A DNA stretch of 64,000 nucleotides from an uncultured Candidatus Rokubacteria bacterium (GTDB lineage Bacteria; Methylomirabilota; Methylomirabilia; Rokubacteriales; CSP1-6): assembly GCA_963789955.1 (NCBI GenBank), contig CAWBMV010000037.1, positions 32,001-96,000 on the forward strand, read 5' to 3'. The translations under genes and the position numbers were made by a program. The notes under the pieces are model-generated. The model ran no database searches, was not told the origin of the DNA, and saw only the letters and a list, made by a program, of their open reading frames with translations. Positions 28,434 to 41,889 of the stretch are shown piece by piece; positions within the stretch are counted from its first letter, which is position 1; each line of letters begins with the position of its first letter.

Positions 28434-29470
28434 TCGAGCTCCCCGCGGGCGACGTTCGACCGGTACGGCGGGAAGCGATACGCCATGTCGCGCGAGAGCA
28501 TGCCGCCATGGCCCATCTCGGCCAGGGTCCGATTGTCGACGCGCTCGCAAGCGAGGATCTGCGGTAGCGCCAGGTCGAACGTCGTCGCCTGCGAGAACAT
28601 GCCGCAGGTCGGCATCCCGAGCACCGGCTTTCCATCCCACAGCGCGAGCCAGAGGAGACTGCCGGGATGGGCCGGCACCCCGTGTCGCTCCATGCGAGCG
28701 CCCAGCAGGGTGAGGCCGCCGAAGACGGGATCGAGCGGATCGAGCGCACTCGCCCCGGCGACGATCAGCACCTCGGCGCCGTCGCGCCGCTGTGCCGTCA
28801 GCGCATCGGCCACGACTTTCGGTGAACCGCCGGCGTAGGTGATCGGCAGCAAACGTCCGCCAAACCACTCGATCTTCTGCTTCAGCGCCGCCTCGAATCG
28901 GGCGCGCTGCTTGGCGTCGAGCCGCTCCTGGGCGATCACGCCGATCGTCGTCGGCCGGAACGCGCTGACCGCGACGAGCCCGTGAGCGTCGCGGGCGATC
29001 TTCTCGACCGCTGCGAGCGTCTCCGCCGGAATGACGAGCGGCGTCACCTTGCACTTGCCGATCGTCTCGCCGGGCTCGACGGGCTGCGATTCGAAGAGCG
29101 TGAAGATCGAGATGCCCTCGAGCGCGTTCGCGTCGGCCAGCGCCTGGCGGCGAACCTTCAGGAGGCCCCGCCGTGTCGCGGCGAGCGTCCACTGCCCGCC
29201 GGTGTAGCCCTTCACCTCGACGCCGTCGCCGATCACCGCGGCCGCCAGCCGCTTGCCGGCTTCCTCTTCGTGCAGATCGTTCGGATCGACGGCGAGCAGG
29301 TGAATCTCTTCCCAGGGCGTCTCGAGGAGAATCTTCGCGGTGGCTGCGGTGAGCCGCGCGCCCTTCTCGACCGCGATCTTGCCGGCCGCGTCGCGAACGT
29401 CGTGGCAGAGCACTTTGCCGACCAGGCCCTCGGCGCTCGCCGCCTCGCGCCGCTGCGCGATCGCCTTCAT
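28430..29470 (-). CDS. Molybdopterin-binding (MoCF/MoeA-like) protein
   Basis: LHEEEAG...GVPAHPGSLLW...LGMPTCG; joined to xdhC in the ORF track only by a frameshift; own ATG at 29470. Confidence 0.8.
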   Translation of the reverse strand: MKAIAQRREAASAEGLVGKVLCHDVRDAAGKIAVEKGARLTAATAKILLETPWEEIHLLAVDPNDLHEEEAGKRLAAAVIGDGVEVKGYTGGQWTLAATRRGLLKVRRQALADANALEGISIFTLFESQPVEPGETIGKCKVTPLVIPAETLAAVEKIARDAHGLVAVSAFRPTTIGVIAQERLDAKQRARFEAALKQKIEWFGGRLLPITYAGGSPKVVADALTAQRRDGAEVLIVAGASALDPLDPVFGGLTLLGARMERHGVPAHPGSLLWLALWDGKPVLGMPTCGMFSQATTFDLALPQILACERVDNRTLAEMGHGGMLSRDMAYRFPPYRSNVARGELE

Positions 29471-30571
29471 GACTTCGAGCTTGGGGCCGATCCTGAGGGA
29501 CCCGAAACCGGCACGCTGTCCCGGCGAGGCTTCGTGCTCATCGGCTGGCCGGTCCCGCCGCCCCGCACGGCCTGAATCTCGGCCATGACCGCCAGGGCGA
29601 TCTCGGGCGCCGAGCGCGCGCCGATGTCGAGGCCGATCGGCACGCGGACACGCTTGAGCGCCGCCTCGCTCTGCCCCTCCTCGGCCAGGAGCTTCAGGAT
29701 GGCCGCGCCGCGCCGGCTCGAGCCGAGCATGCCGATGTAGCCGACGTCGGTCGCGAGCGCCTTGTGCAGCACCGGCAGGTCGTACTTGTAGTCGTGCGCC
29801 ATCAGCACGAGCGCGGTCGACGGCACGAGCGGATACGCGCTGACGAGCTCCGAGGGGATACCGATCTTCAGCTCGTCGACCTGCGGGAAGCGCTCGCGGG
29901 TCGCGAACCGCGGCCGGCCGTCGATGACGACCGTCCGGTAGCCGAGCACGCGGGCGAGGTCGACCATCGGCATCGAGACGTGGCTGGCGCCGACGACGAG
30001 CAGCAGCGCGGACGGCGCGAACACCTCGACGAACGCGCGCGTGCCCTCGGCGAAGAGCGTGCGCGAGGTGCCGAGCGTCATCGCGTCGCGCGCCTCCTCG
30101 ACGAAGCGCTCGTCGAGCGCGGCGTCGCCCAAGCGTCCCGGTGGTCGTGCCGTCGTCCAGCAACAGTATCTTCGCGCCGACCGGACCGTCGAGCCGCGTG
30201 ATGATCGCGGCCCGTCCGCCCTTGTCGGTATGCGCGCGCACGCGCTCCAGGAAATCGGCCGACAGCGGCTCGACGAACACCTCGATCGTGCCGCCGCACG
30301 TGAGCCCGATCTCCCACGCCTCCTCGTCGCCCAGATTCAGCTCGAGGAGCCGGGGCCGGTTCGTGTTCAGCACGTCCTCGGTCTGCTCGATCACCTGGGC
30401 GTCCACGCAGCCGCCGATGGTGACGGAACCGAGCACGGATCCGCCTTCACCGACGAGCATCTTGGCGCCTTCTTTGCGCGGCGTGGTGCCGCGCGTGTTC
30501 ACCAGGGTCGCGACCGCGACCTTGCCCGGAGACCGCCGAAGTTCGTCAATCTGATCGAAGAGTTCCGCCAT
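29467..30571 (-). CDS. xdhC: XdhC/CoxF-family Moco maturation factor; apparent frameshift near 30135
   Basis: GTTPRKEGAKM, GGCVD, GLTCGG, YIGMLGS, PIGLDIGARSAPEIA. Confidence 0.92.
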
Positions 30572-30755
30572 GGGTCCTCATGATACGCCGAGCGGGGCCG
30601 CGACGCACCCCTGACGCTACCGCGACGCGTGTGACGTTCCGGTAAAGCGTTGGCGCCGCGGGCGAACAGGCATCCGGCCCGATGCGAGGCGGTCTTTCGA
30701 CCGGTGCGCGAATCTACTGTCTCCGCGCTCTTCGCCCGCGCGGAAACGAGGGGCG

Positions 30756-31892
30756 CTAGAGATGCAGCTTGCCGGCGAGATCGCGCAAGGCCGCGAGGTT
30801 GTGGCCGGCCGCGAAGTCGTCGATCAGCGGCATCGCCGCCGCCATGCCGCGCGTCAGGGGCTCGTACGAGGGGTTGCCGAGTAGCGGGTTCAGCCAGATC
30901 AGGCGGGCCGCGCGCCGCTTGATCCGCATGAGCTCGGTCGCCAGCACGTCCGGCTCGCCCGTGTCCCACCCGTCCGATAAGACGATCACGATCGTTCGCC
31001 GGTCGACCAGGTGCGGCCACTCGCGGTTGAACTGGGCGAACGACTCGCCGATGCGCGTGCCGCCCGACCAGTCACGCACGTCGGTCAGCCGCCGCAGCAC
31101 CTGACGATACGACCGCCCGCGGAGCAGCTCGGTGATGCGCGTGAGCCGCGTGGAAAAGATGAACGTCTCGACCCGGCCGAAGACGTTCTGCAGCGCGAAC
31201 AGGAACTGGAGCAGGAAGCGGCTGTAGAGATCCATCGAGCCGGAGACGTCGCAGAGCAACACGAGCCGCACCTTCTTGCGCTTCCGCTCGCGGTAGCGCA
31301 GCTCGATGATCTCGCCGCGCGTGAGGTTCGCGCGCAGCGTGCGCCGCAGATCGACCCGACCGCGCCGCTTCACCGGCCGCCGGCGGCGGCTCATCCGATG
31401 CGCGAGCCGGCGCGCGATCTTGATCGTGAGCTTCAAGAGCTCGTCGAGCTGGTCGGCGCTGAAGGTCGAGAAGTCCTGATTCACGAGCCCTTCGGCCTCG
31501 GACGCGAGCGGCACGCTCAGCGGATCGCCGCCTTCCTCGGGCTCTTCCTCGCCCCACGAGTCGAGCGCCAGCGCCTCGCGCTTCTGCCCCGCCTTGGCGA
31601 CCGCGCCGCCCGGGTCGTCGATCGAGGGCGCCGGAATGAATCCGGACTGGTCGTCGTCCCTCTCCGGCATGACGCGCCAGAATGCCTCGAAGCACCGGTC
31701 GAACGGCGGCACTTCCTCGGGCCGGGTCACGAAGATGGCGCGCAGACCAAGGTAGAGCTCGTGACGGTCGGTGAGGTCGAGGTGGTCGAGGGCGCGGACC
31801 GCGTCGGTGACCTCGACCAGAGTCACCGGCAGACCGGACTGCCGGAGCAGCGACGCGAAGCGCGCGATCGCCGCCGAGAGATCCCGCGGCAC
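30756..31892 (-). CDS. coxE: CoxE-like vWA domain protein
   Basis: DLRRTLR, LCDVSGSM, WSGGTRIG, SDGWD, WLNPL. Confidence 0.92.
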   Translation of the reverse strand: MPRDLSAAIARFASLLRQSGLPVTLVEVTDAVRALDHLDLTDRHELYLGLRAIFVTRPEEVPPFDRCFEAFWRVMPERDDDQSGFIPAPSIDDPGGAVAKAGQKREALALDSWGEEEPEEGGDPLSVPLASEAEGLVNQDFSTFSADQLDELLKLTIKIARRLAHRMSRRRRPVKRRGRVDLRRTLRANLTRGEIIELRYRERKRKKVRLVLLCDVSGSMDLYSRFLLQFLFALQNVFGRVETFIFSTRLTRITELLRGRSYRQVLRRLTDVRDWSGGTRIGESFAQFNREWPHLVDRRTIVIVLSDGWDTGEPDVLATELMRIKRRAARLIWLNPLLGNPSYEPLTRGMAAAMPLIDDFAAGHNLAALRDLAGKLHL

Positions 31893-31896
31893 GCGC

Positions 31897-32793
31897 TCAG
31901 CTCGGCGTGGGCAGGAACGGGGCGAGCCCCGTCTTCGCGACCTCGTTACGGAACCGCTTCATGTCGTCGACGTCCTTCAGCACGCAGCCGAGCGTCTCGT
32001 TGACGAGCGCCTCGTCGATGTGATCGGCGTGGAGCGACGCGAGCGCCTGGGCCCAGTCGAGGGTCTCGGCCACGCCCGGCACCTTCGCGAGCCGCACCTG
32101 ACGGAGAGTCTCCATGAACTTGGCGATCTCGCGCGTGAGCCGGCCGTTGATGCCCGGCACCTTGCGCGCGATGATCCGGATTTCCTTGTCGGGCGCCGGA
32201 TAGTCGATCCAGAGATAGAGACACCGTCGGCGAAGCGCGTCCGACAGCTCGCGCGTGCGGTTCGAGGTCAGGATGACGTGCGGCGGATGCGTCGCCTTGA
32301 TGGTGCCGATCTCGGGGATCGTCACCTGCCACTCCGAGAACACCTCGAGCATGAACGCTTCGAACTCTTCATCTGAGCGATCGACTTCGTCGACCAGGAG
32401 AACCGGCGACTGAGACTCTTGCGTGATCGCCTGGAGCATCGGGCGGCGGAGCAGGAACGGCTCCGAGAAGATCTCGTGCTCCTTCTCGACCATCCCCCGG
32501 TTGTTGTGTCCGGCTTCCTCGAGCTTGATGTGCAGGAGCTGCTTCTGATAGTTCCACTCGTAGAGCGCCGTCGACGCGTCGAGCCCCTCGTAGCACTGCA
32601 GCCGGATCAGGTTCGTCCCGAGCATCCGCGCCATCACCTTCGCGACCTCGGTCTTGCCGACGCCGGCGGGCCCTTCGATCAAGAGCGGCTTGCGCAAGCG
32701 CATCGCGAGATGAATCGACGTCGCAACCGGTGCGTCGGTGACGTATTCCGCCGCTTCCATCATGTCCTGGATCTTGCGGATCTCTTCGCGCAT
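31897..32793 (-). CDS. coxD: CoxD-like MoxR AAA+ ATPase
   Basis: EGPAGVGKT, RLQCYEGLD, LVDEVD, LSDALRRRC. Confidence 0.93.
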   Translation of the reverse strand: MREEIRKIQDMMEAAEYVTDAPVATSIHLAMRLRKPLLIEGPAGVGKTEVAKVMARMLGTNLIRLQCYEGLDASTALYEWNYQKQLLHIKLEEAGHNNRGMVEKEHEIFSEPFLLRRPMLQAITQESQSPVLLVDEVDRSDEEFEAFMLEVFSEWQVTIPEIGTIKATHPPHVILTSNRTRELSDALRRRCLYLWIDYPAPDKEIRIIARKVPGINGRLTREIAKFMETLRQVRLAKVPGVAETLDWAQALASLHADHIDEALVNETLGCVLKDVDDMKRFRNEVAKTGLAPFLPTPS

Positions 32794-32799
32794 GGCTAG

Positions 32800-33376
32800 C
32801 TATTGTACATGAAGCTTCGCGTAATCTTCGGGCGTGTCCACGTCGGGCGGCATCGCGAGATCGAACGCCACGGTCTCGACGCGCTCCGGATTTTCTTTCA
32901 CCACTGCCCGCGCGCCCGCGTCGCCCTTGAGCGCGCGGAGCTCGGCGAACACCTCGGACGAGAAGACCACCGGCGTGCCCTGCACGCCCTGGTAGATCGG
33001 CGCGACGATGGCCTTGCCCGAGCGGCGGAGGGCTTCGAGCAGCGCCGGCACGACCGTGGCGGGCATGCGCGGCTGGTCGCCGAGGGCGACCAGCGCGGCG
33101 GTCGTCCACGGCTTGAGCGCGGCGATACCGGCGGCGATCGAGGTCCCCTGCCCGTCCTGCGGCCGCGGATTGACGGCGAAGCGCACCGTCGAGATCCTCG
33201 AGCGCCTGACGGATGGCCGTGTCGTCCGGGCCGGTCACGACCACGACGTCCTCGACGTGACTCACGATGTGCTCGACGGACCAGCGCACGACGGGCTTGC
33301 CCTGCAGCTGAAGCAGGAGCTTCTGCCGTCCCATGCGTCGCGCGAGGCCCGCGGCCAGCATCACCGCGGCGATCAC
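32800..33376 (-). CDS. mocA: Molybdenum cofactor cytidylyltransferase (MocA-like); apparent frameshift near 33190
   Basis: LAAGLARRMGRQKLL, LGDQP, GDAGAR, DVDTPEDY. Confidence 0.88.
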
Positions 33377-34088
33377 GACCAGTGGCCCTCGAGCTCCTTC
33401 GCCACGTCGTCGGGTCGCTCGAGCTGCCACCAGTGCGAGCACCCCGCGAACTGGATGAAGCGCGCGCGGGTCCGGCTCGCCAGACGACTTCCGAAGACGG
33501 GCGCGGCGTACGGATCCTTCTCGCCCCAGAGGATGAGACCGCGCGCCGGCGCTCGTTGCAGATCTCCTCGCCACTCCGAGCCGACGCGGACTGCCGAACG
33601 ATAGAGCGCCAGGATGCTGCGCTTCATCGTGGGGTCGAGATGCTCCCCCGCCGTCGTCGCGTCGGCCTGAGGCACGCCGGCGGCGACGAGCGCCGAGGCG
33701 AGGGCCTCGGGCGTGAGCTTCTCCATCACCTGCTCGCCGACTCCGGGGGTCTGCCAGAGCTTTGCCGCCTTGTGCCATTCGTATTCGGGGTCGAGCGGCG
33801 CGGCGCCGGCGGCCCAGGTACGCACCAGGGTTGGCTCGAGCGAGACGGCGCGGACCACGAGGAGCCCGCCCCAGTCGTGGCCGACCAGATCGATCGGTCC
33901 GTCGATGCGGGAGAGCTCGGCGAGCAGCCAGTTGCAGTAGGCTTCCTTCGAGCAGTCGAAGCCCGCGGGGATCTCGCAGCCGAACCCGGGAAGAGAAAGG
34001 GTGACGACGTCGTCGCGGCGCAGCCGCCCGACGACGGACGCCAGACGCGATGCGTGTCCGGCACCCCGTGCACGAAGACCGCCGGCAT
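33373..34088 (-). CDS. Alpha/beta hydrolase; apparent frameshifts
   Basis: VFVHGVPDT, LVGHDWGG, LILWGEKD, HWWQLERP across frames. Confidence 0.85.
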
Positions 34089-34146
34089 CAGCGGCCTCGC
34101 GCCCGAGGAAGCGTCACGCGTCTCGTGGTGGTCAGCGCCCGATCGG

Positions 34147-35016
34147 CTATCCGCCGGCGCGCTTGACCGCCTCGGTCAACGCGCGCTTGGCGAACACACG
34201 GCAGAGATGCGACTTGTACTCGACGGAGCCCTGCAGGTCCGCCTGCACGTCGACACCCTCGGCGGCCTTCTGGGCGGCCGCCTCGATCGCCGCGGCGTCG
34301 AGCTTCTTGCCCGTGCAGCCCGCCTCGACACCCTTCGCGCGCACGGCCTTGGTGCCGGCGCCGGTAACACCGATCGACGCCTTGGAGCAGGCGCCCTTGC
34401 CGTCGAGCGTGACGGCCGCGGCGACGCCGACGACGGCGAACCGCGAGGCCGGGTGCGGGAACTTCATGTACGCGGCGCCGGTGCTCGCCGGCAGCACGGG
34501 CACGCGCACCTCGACGAGAATCTCGTCCTCGCCGACCGCGGTGGTCATCAGACCCTTGAACCAGTCGTCCACCTTCACGGTGCGTCGCCCCTTGGCGCCT
34601 TCGCACACCATCTCGGCGCCGAGCGCGATCATCGCCGCCGGATAGTCCGCGGCGGGGTCGGCGTGGGCGATCGAGCCGCCGACCGTCCCGCGGTTGCGCA
34701 CCGCCGGGTCGCCGATGATCGCGGCGACCTCGGAAAGGACGGCAAGCTTCGACTTCACGAGCGCCGACGACTCGACCTCCCAATGGGTGGTCATCGCACC
34801 GATCGCCAGCATGTTGCCGTCCTGCTTGATCCCCGAGAGCCCGGGAACCTTGCGCAGGTCGATCAGGTGCTTGGGCTGGGCCAGCCGCAGCTTCATCATC
34901 GGGATCAGGCTGTGGCCGCCCGCGAGCAGCTTGGCGTCGTCCTTGTGCTTGCCGAGAAGCTCCAGCGCTTCCTTGATGGTGCCGGGCGCGTGATAGTCGA
35001 ACGCGGCTGGGTACAT
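34147..35016 (-). CDS. coxM: FAD-binding medium subunit of a CO dehydrogenase / xanthine oxidase family enzyme
   Basis: MYPAAFDYHAP, LAGGHSLIPMMKLRLA, RNRGTVGGS. Confidence 0.93.
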   Translation of the reverse strand: MYPAAFDYHAPGTIKEALELLGKHKDDAKLLAGGHSLIPMMKLRLAQPKHLIDLRKVPGLSGIKQDGNMLAIGAMTTHWEVESSALVKSKLAVLSEVAAIIGDPAVRNRGTVGGSIAHADPAADYPAAMIALGAEMVCEGAKGRRTVKVDDWFKGLMTTAVGEDEILVEVRVPVLPASTGAAYMKFPHPASRFAVVGVAAAVTLDGKGACSKASIGVTGAGTKAVRAKGVEAGCTGKKLDAAAIEAAAQKAAEGVDVQADLQGSVEYKSHLCRVFAKRALTEAVKRAGG

Positions 35017-35036
35017 GTCGCTCTCCTGGCTCTTAT

Positions 35037-37436
<2,400 letters not shown>

Positions 37437-37446
37437 TACGCTTTCC

Positions 37447-37925
37447 TCACTTCTTCGCGGGCATGTGCTCGGCCGCCCACTCGATCGCCTTCACGATGTT
37501 GTGATAGCCGGTGCACCGGCAGAGATTGCCTTCGAGCTGATGCCGGATCAGCTCCTCCGAGGGCTTCGGATACCGCTCGAGCATCTGGTACACGGACATG
37601 ATCATGCCGGGTGTGCAGAACCCGCACTGCAGCCCGTGCTTCTCCCAGAACCCCATGCTGGATCGGGTGCAGCTCGCCGTCCTTCGCCAGTCCCTCGATG
37701 GTCATGATGTTGGCGCCGTCCAGCCTGGACCGCGAAGAAGGTGCAGGCCTTGACCGCCTGGCCGTTCATGAGGATCGTGCACGCGCCGCACTGGCTCGTG
37801 TCGCAGCCGACGTGCGTCCCGGTGAGCCCCACGGTCTCGCGGATGTAGTGGACGAGCAGCAGACGGGGCTCGACTTCATGGCTGTAGCTCTGGCCGTTGA
37901 TCGTCATCTTGACTGGCAGTTTCAC
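37447..37925 (-). CDS. coxS: [2Fe-2S] small subunit; apparent frameshifts
   Basis: [27 protein letters not shown]. Confidence 0.93.
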
Positions 37926-38035
37926 GACTCATCCTCCGGGATTCGGCGGTTTGGGAGCGGGTTTTGGACGCCCCGATCTGGCGCGACAGAGGGTAAGACT
38001 TCGCCCCCCGCTGTGTCAACCGGACGGGCGTTTGT

Positions 38036-39628
38036 TGCCGCTGCTAAATAGAACTGTCCTCCCTATCTGTTCGATAGAAGTGTCCCCCCATGGAGACCTT
38101 CTCGATGAGCAGCAAGGAAGTGCCGCGGGCCGGGTTGCTCAAAGCCGCGCTGGCCGGACGCATCACGAATGCGCAAGGAGCGAGGGCGCTGGGGTTGAGC
38201 GTGCGGCAGTTTCGACGACTGAAGAGGCGCTTCCGCGAGCGGAGGCGCCCGCGGCCTGCTCCACGCCCTGCGGGGGCGCCCCGGCAACCGGCGCCTGGCC
38301 CCGCAGGCGCGCGAGCAGATCGCCGCGGCTCATGACCACGACCTACGCCGGCTTCAATGACGTCCATCTCACGGAGAAGCTGCGCGAGGTCCATCAGCTC
38401 GCCGTCAGTCGCGCCGCGGTGCGCGGCATCCGCGTGGCGCTCGGGCACCCGGCGACGCGCCGGCGGTCCGCCCCGCAGCATCGTAGCCGGCGCCCCCGCA
38501 AACCGGCCCTCGGCCAACTGGCCCAGCTCGACGCCAGCCCCTTCGCCTGGTTCGAGGACCGCGGCCCCCTGGCGACCCTGCATGGCGTGATCGATGATGC
38601 GACCTCCACGCCGCTCGCCCTGTGGTTCCGTCCCCAACGAGGATCTGCATGGCTACGTCGCCGTGCTCGAGCGCACCTGCCGGATGTATGGCCTGCCGCT
38701 GGAACTCTACGGCGATCGCCTCAACGTGTTCGCCCGCAACGATGCCCACTGGACGCTCGCCGAAGAGCTCCAGGGCCACCAGGACCCCACGCACTTCGGC
38801 CGCATGCTGCAGGCCCTCGGCATCGGCTTCATCCGGGCCCACTCGCCGCAAGCCAAAGGCCGCATCGAACGGCTCTGGGGCACCCTCCAGGATCGCCTCA
38901 CCAGCGAATTGCGGCGGCGCGGCATCCGCACACTCGAGGACGGCAACGCCTTCCTGCCCGAGTTCCTCGCCGACTTCACGCGCCGCTTTGCGCGGCCGCC
39001 CGCGGACGCCACCCCCGCCTGGCGCCCGGTGCCGCGCGATCTCGCCGACCTCTTGAGCTGCCGGTATCAGCGCACGGTCGCCCGCGACAACACCGTGCAC
39101 CTCGGGCCGCGCTGGGTGCAGATTCCCCCCGGCCCTCGCGGGCGCTCCTATGCCGGCTGTCACGTCCAGGTCCAGGAACGCCTCGACGGCCACCTCCGCG
39201 TCGTCTACCACGACACCGTGATCGCCCGGCAGCCGTCGCCCGGCCCCGCCTTCGTGCTCAAGCCGCGCGAGGGGCCCGGGCAGGGGCGCCGGCGTCCCCG
39301 GCGCGGGCCTCTGCGTCACGCGCTCGGTGAGCTCGGGCGCGCTCCGCTCACGCCGGCGCGCGCGGCATTCCCATCGCGCCCACGCCGGGATCCCGAGGAC
39401 CCACGCGCCACCCGGCGCGCGATCACGAGGCGGCCCGCCATCGCCCTACCCCAGAGCCCACCCCACATCCTTGCCCACCACCTACCTCAGCCCGCCGTCG
39501 CAATGCGCCCACGCATCCATGGAACGCGACCTTTTCACGTCGCCAACGCGCGGTGAAACGCCGCACGAATCACCGAGCCGGACATTTCTATTTAACAGTG
39601 GGGAGGACATTCTCGTTGACCAGCGACA
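38036..39628 (+). mobile_element. ISNCY / IS1202-group insertion sequence (~1.6 kb)
   Basis: Imperfect terminal IRs (TGCCGCTG...TGTCCTCCC vs TGTCGCTG...TGTCCTCCC) with subterminal ATAGAAnTGTCC repeats; imperfect 17-bp flanking direct repeat at 38019-38035 and 39629-39645. Confidence 0.85.
38090..39556 (+). CDS. DDE transposase (ISNCY), frameshifted near 38245 and 38630
   Basis: HTH N-terminus; QLDAS, IDDATS, YGDR, SPQAKGRIERLWGTLQDRL. Confidence 0.92.
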
Positions 39629-39647
39629 CCAGGACAGGCGTTTGGCG

Positions 39648-40832
39648 CTACTCGCCGAGGAGGCGCCGCCCGTCGGCGCGGGCCTGGTCGAGGACCTCGC
39701 GAACGGGCAGCGACTTCTCGCGCGCGATCCGGGCGACGTCGGCGAACTCGGGCGTGATCGTCACGATTCGACCGCCCAGGCGCGAGACCTTGAACGGGAT
39801 CGTCCCGTAGGCCGTCGTCACCTCGACCATCTCGCGCTGCAGCCGCGCGCGGCGCCATTCCGACCAGCGCACGCCGATCGTCGTCGTCTCCTCGAACAGG
39901 GCGCGGGACAGGTCGCCGACGCGCTCCGGCGCGCAGAGCGCCGTCACCACCACACCCGGCCGGCCGCGCTTCATGATGACGGGCTGGAGGAACACGTCGA
40001 GGGCGCCGGCCTCGAACACCCGCTCGATCAAGGTCTCGTAGAGCTGGGGCGACATGTCGTCGATCGTCGTCTCGACCTGGAGCACCGTCTCGTCGGCGGC
40101 GAGGGTGTCGGCGGTCTGGCCGAGGAAACAGCGCAGGACGTTCGGCGTGCCGGGCAGGTCCATCGTGCCGGCGCCGTAGCCGATGGCGTCGATCGTCATC
40201 GCCGGCATCTTCCCGGCCGAGGCGGACAAGGTCGTGAGGATCGCCGCGCCCGTCGGCGTGACCAGCTCGGCCTTCACGCCCGTGTCGACGACCGGGAAGC
40301 CGCGCAGGAGCTCGACGGTGCCGGGCGCCGGAACCGGGATCCGGCCGTGCGGCCCACGGACGTGTCCGCCGCCCACCGGAAGCGCCGACACGTGAACCGC
40401 CTGCGCCCCGGCCAGATCGAGCGCGATCACGCCGCCGGTCACGTCGACGATCGCATCCACCGCGCCGACGTCGTGGAACTGGACCGATTCGCGATCGGCC
40501 CCGTGCACGCGCGCCTCGGCATCGGCGAGCCGCGTGAAGATCCGCGTCGCCCGCTCCCGCACGCTCGCCTCGAGCGCGCTGCGCTCGAGAATGTCGAGAA
40601 TGTCCCGCAGCGACCGATGATGCCGATGCGCATCCCCGTCGATCTCGACATCCACCTTGGTCGCCCGAAAATCCCCCTTCATCACCTCCCGCACAACGAG
40701 CGTCCACCCGGGCAGCGCCAGCTTCGCCAGCTCCTCCTTCAGCCGCGCGAGCGACACTCCCGCGTCCAGGAGCGACGCCATGATCATGTCCCCCGCCGCC
40801 CCAGAAGGACAATCGAAGTAAGCGACCCTCAC
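39648..40832 (-). CDS. larC: Nickel-pincer cofactor nickel insertase
   Basis: YFDCPSGAAGDM, FHDVGAVDAIVD, ELVTPTGAA, MKRGRPG, PEFAD. Confidence 0.95.
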   Translation of the reverse strand: MRVAYFDCPSGAAGDMIMASLLDAGVSLARLKEELAKLALPGWTLVVREVMKGDFRATKVDVEIDGDAHRHHRSLRDILDILERSALEASVRERATRIFTRLADAEARVHGADRESVQFHDVGAVDAIVDVTGGVIALDLAGAQAVHVSALPVGGGHVRGPHGRIPVPAPGTVELLRGFPVVDTGVKAELVTPTGAAILTTLSASAGKMPAMTIDAIGYGAGTMDLPGTPNVLRCFLGQTADTLAADETVLQVETTIDDMSPQLYETLIERVFEAGALDVFLQPVIMKRGRPGVVVTALCAPERVGDLSRALFEETTTIGVRWSEWRRARLQREMVEVTTAYGTIPFKVSRLGGRIVTITPEFADVARIAREKSLPVREVLDQARADGRRLLGE

Positions 40833-40962
40833 CGCGTCTTCACCTCACCCGACAAATCGAACAAGACCATCGAGCGCTCCACCGCCTCGTCCCCTATGCA
40901 CTATGCCTGCGCGCGAACTCACCAGGCCGCCCGTCGATCACGCCTCTCAAGCGCGGCGCCGC

Positions 40963-41128
40963 TCGCGCCGGCGGGGGCCGGGCGGGCCGGGAGGGGTCGT
41001 GGGACCCGTTCCCTCCAAGGGGCAACGGACGAGACGCGCCCAGATGGAGCCCAGCCACCCCGGAGCAGCGAACGCGTGCCGCGTGGTCCCACGACCCCTC
41101 CCGGCCCGCCCGGCCCCCGCCGGCGCGA
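40963..41128. repeat. 44-bp perfect inverted repeat with 78-bp spacer (MITE/REP-like)
   Basis: 40963-41006 is the exact reverse complement of 41085-41128. Confidence 0.92.
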
Positions 41129-41130
41129 CG

Positions 41131-41889
41131 TCACCGCACCTTAGCGATGAGATGATTGATCTGAGAGGCCTGGTGAGCCGCCCCGTAGCCGTTGTCGATG
41201 TTCACCACCGACACACCCGAGGCGCACGAGTTCAGCATCGCCAGCAGCGCGGCGACCCCGCCGAACGAGGCGCCATACCCGATGCTGGTCGGCACGGCGA
41301 TGACGGGCCGATCGATCAATCCCCCGACGACGCTCGGCAACGCGCCTTCCATCCCCGCGACCACGACGAGCACGTTGGCCTCGGCCAGCAGATGGTAGTG
41401 CGCCAGCAGCCGATGCAGCCCCGCCACGCCGCAGTCGTAGAGCCGCTCGACCCGATTGCCCAGCGCCTCGGCCACGAGCGCGGCTTCCTCGGCGACGGGA
41501 AGGTCGGCGGTCCCGGCGGCGAGCACGACGATGAGACCGAGCCCGGCGCCGGGCTCCGGTCGGGCGATCACGAGCTTCGCGTCGGCGTGGTAGACGTGCG
41601 GCAGGCCGGCGGCGGCCACCGCGTCGGCCACGGCGCGATCCGCTCGGGTGGCCAGGATGTTCGGGTGATGAACGATCAAGCGCTCGAGGATCGCGACGAC
41701 CTGCGCGGGCGTCTTGCCGAGACAGAAGACGGCTTCCGGCGCGCCGCCTCGGAGCGCGCGGTGATGGTCGATCTTCGCGAATCCCAGATCTTCGAACGGC
41801 AGCGCGCGAAGCTTCGCGACCGCCGCGTCGACGTCGACGCGCCCGGCCCGGAGATCTTCGAGCAGCGCGCGAAGCGCTTCCCTATCCAC
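41131..41889 (-). CDS. larB: Nickel-pincer cofactor carboxylase/hydrolase
   Basis: FAKIDHHR, AGTADLPVAEEA, AGMEGALPSV, PTSIGYG, NIDNGYGA. Confidence 0.95.
   Translation of the reverse strand: MDREALRALLEDLRAGRVDVDAAVAKLRALPFEDLGFAKIDHHRALRGGAPEAVFCLGKTPAQVVAILERLIVHHPNILATRADRAVADAVAAAGLPHVYHADAKLVIARPEPGAGLGLIVVLAAGTADLPVAEEAALVAEALGNRVERLYDCGVAGLHRLLAHYHLLAEANVLVVVAGMEGALPSVVGGLIDRPVIAVPTSIGYGASFGGVAALLAMLNSCASGVSVVNIDNGYGAAHQASQINHLIAKVR

Noticed and set aside
28430..30571. 713-aa XdhC-MoCF fusion in the ORF track
   Set aside because: Artefact of the frameshift near 30135; the middle is out-of-frame sequence and the second gene has its own start
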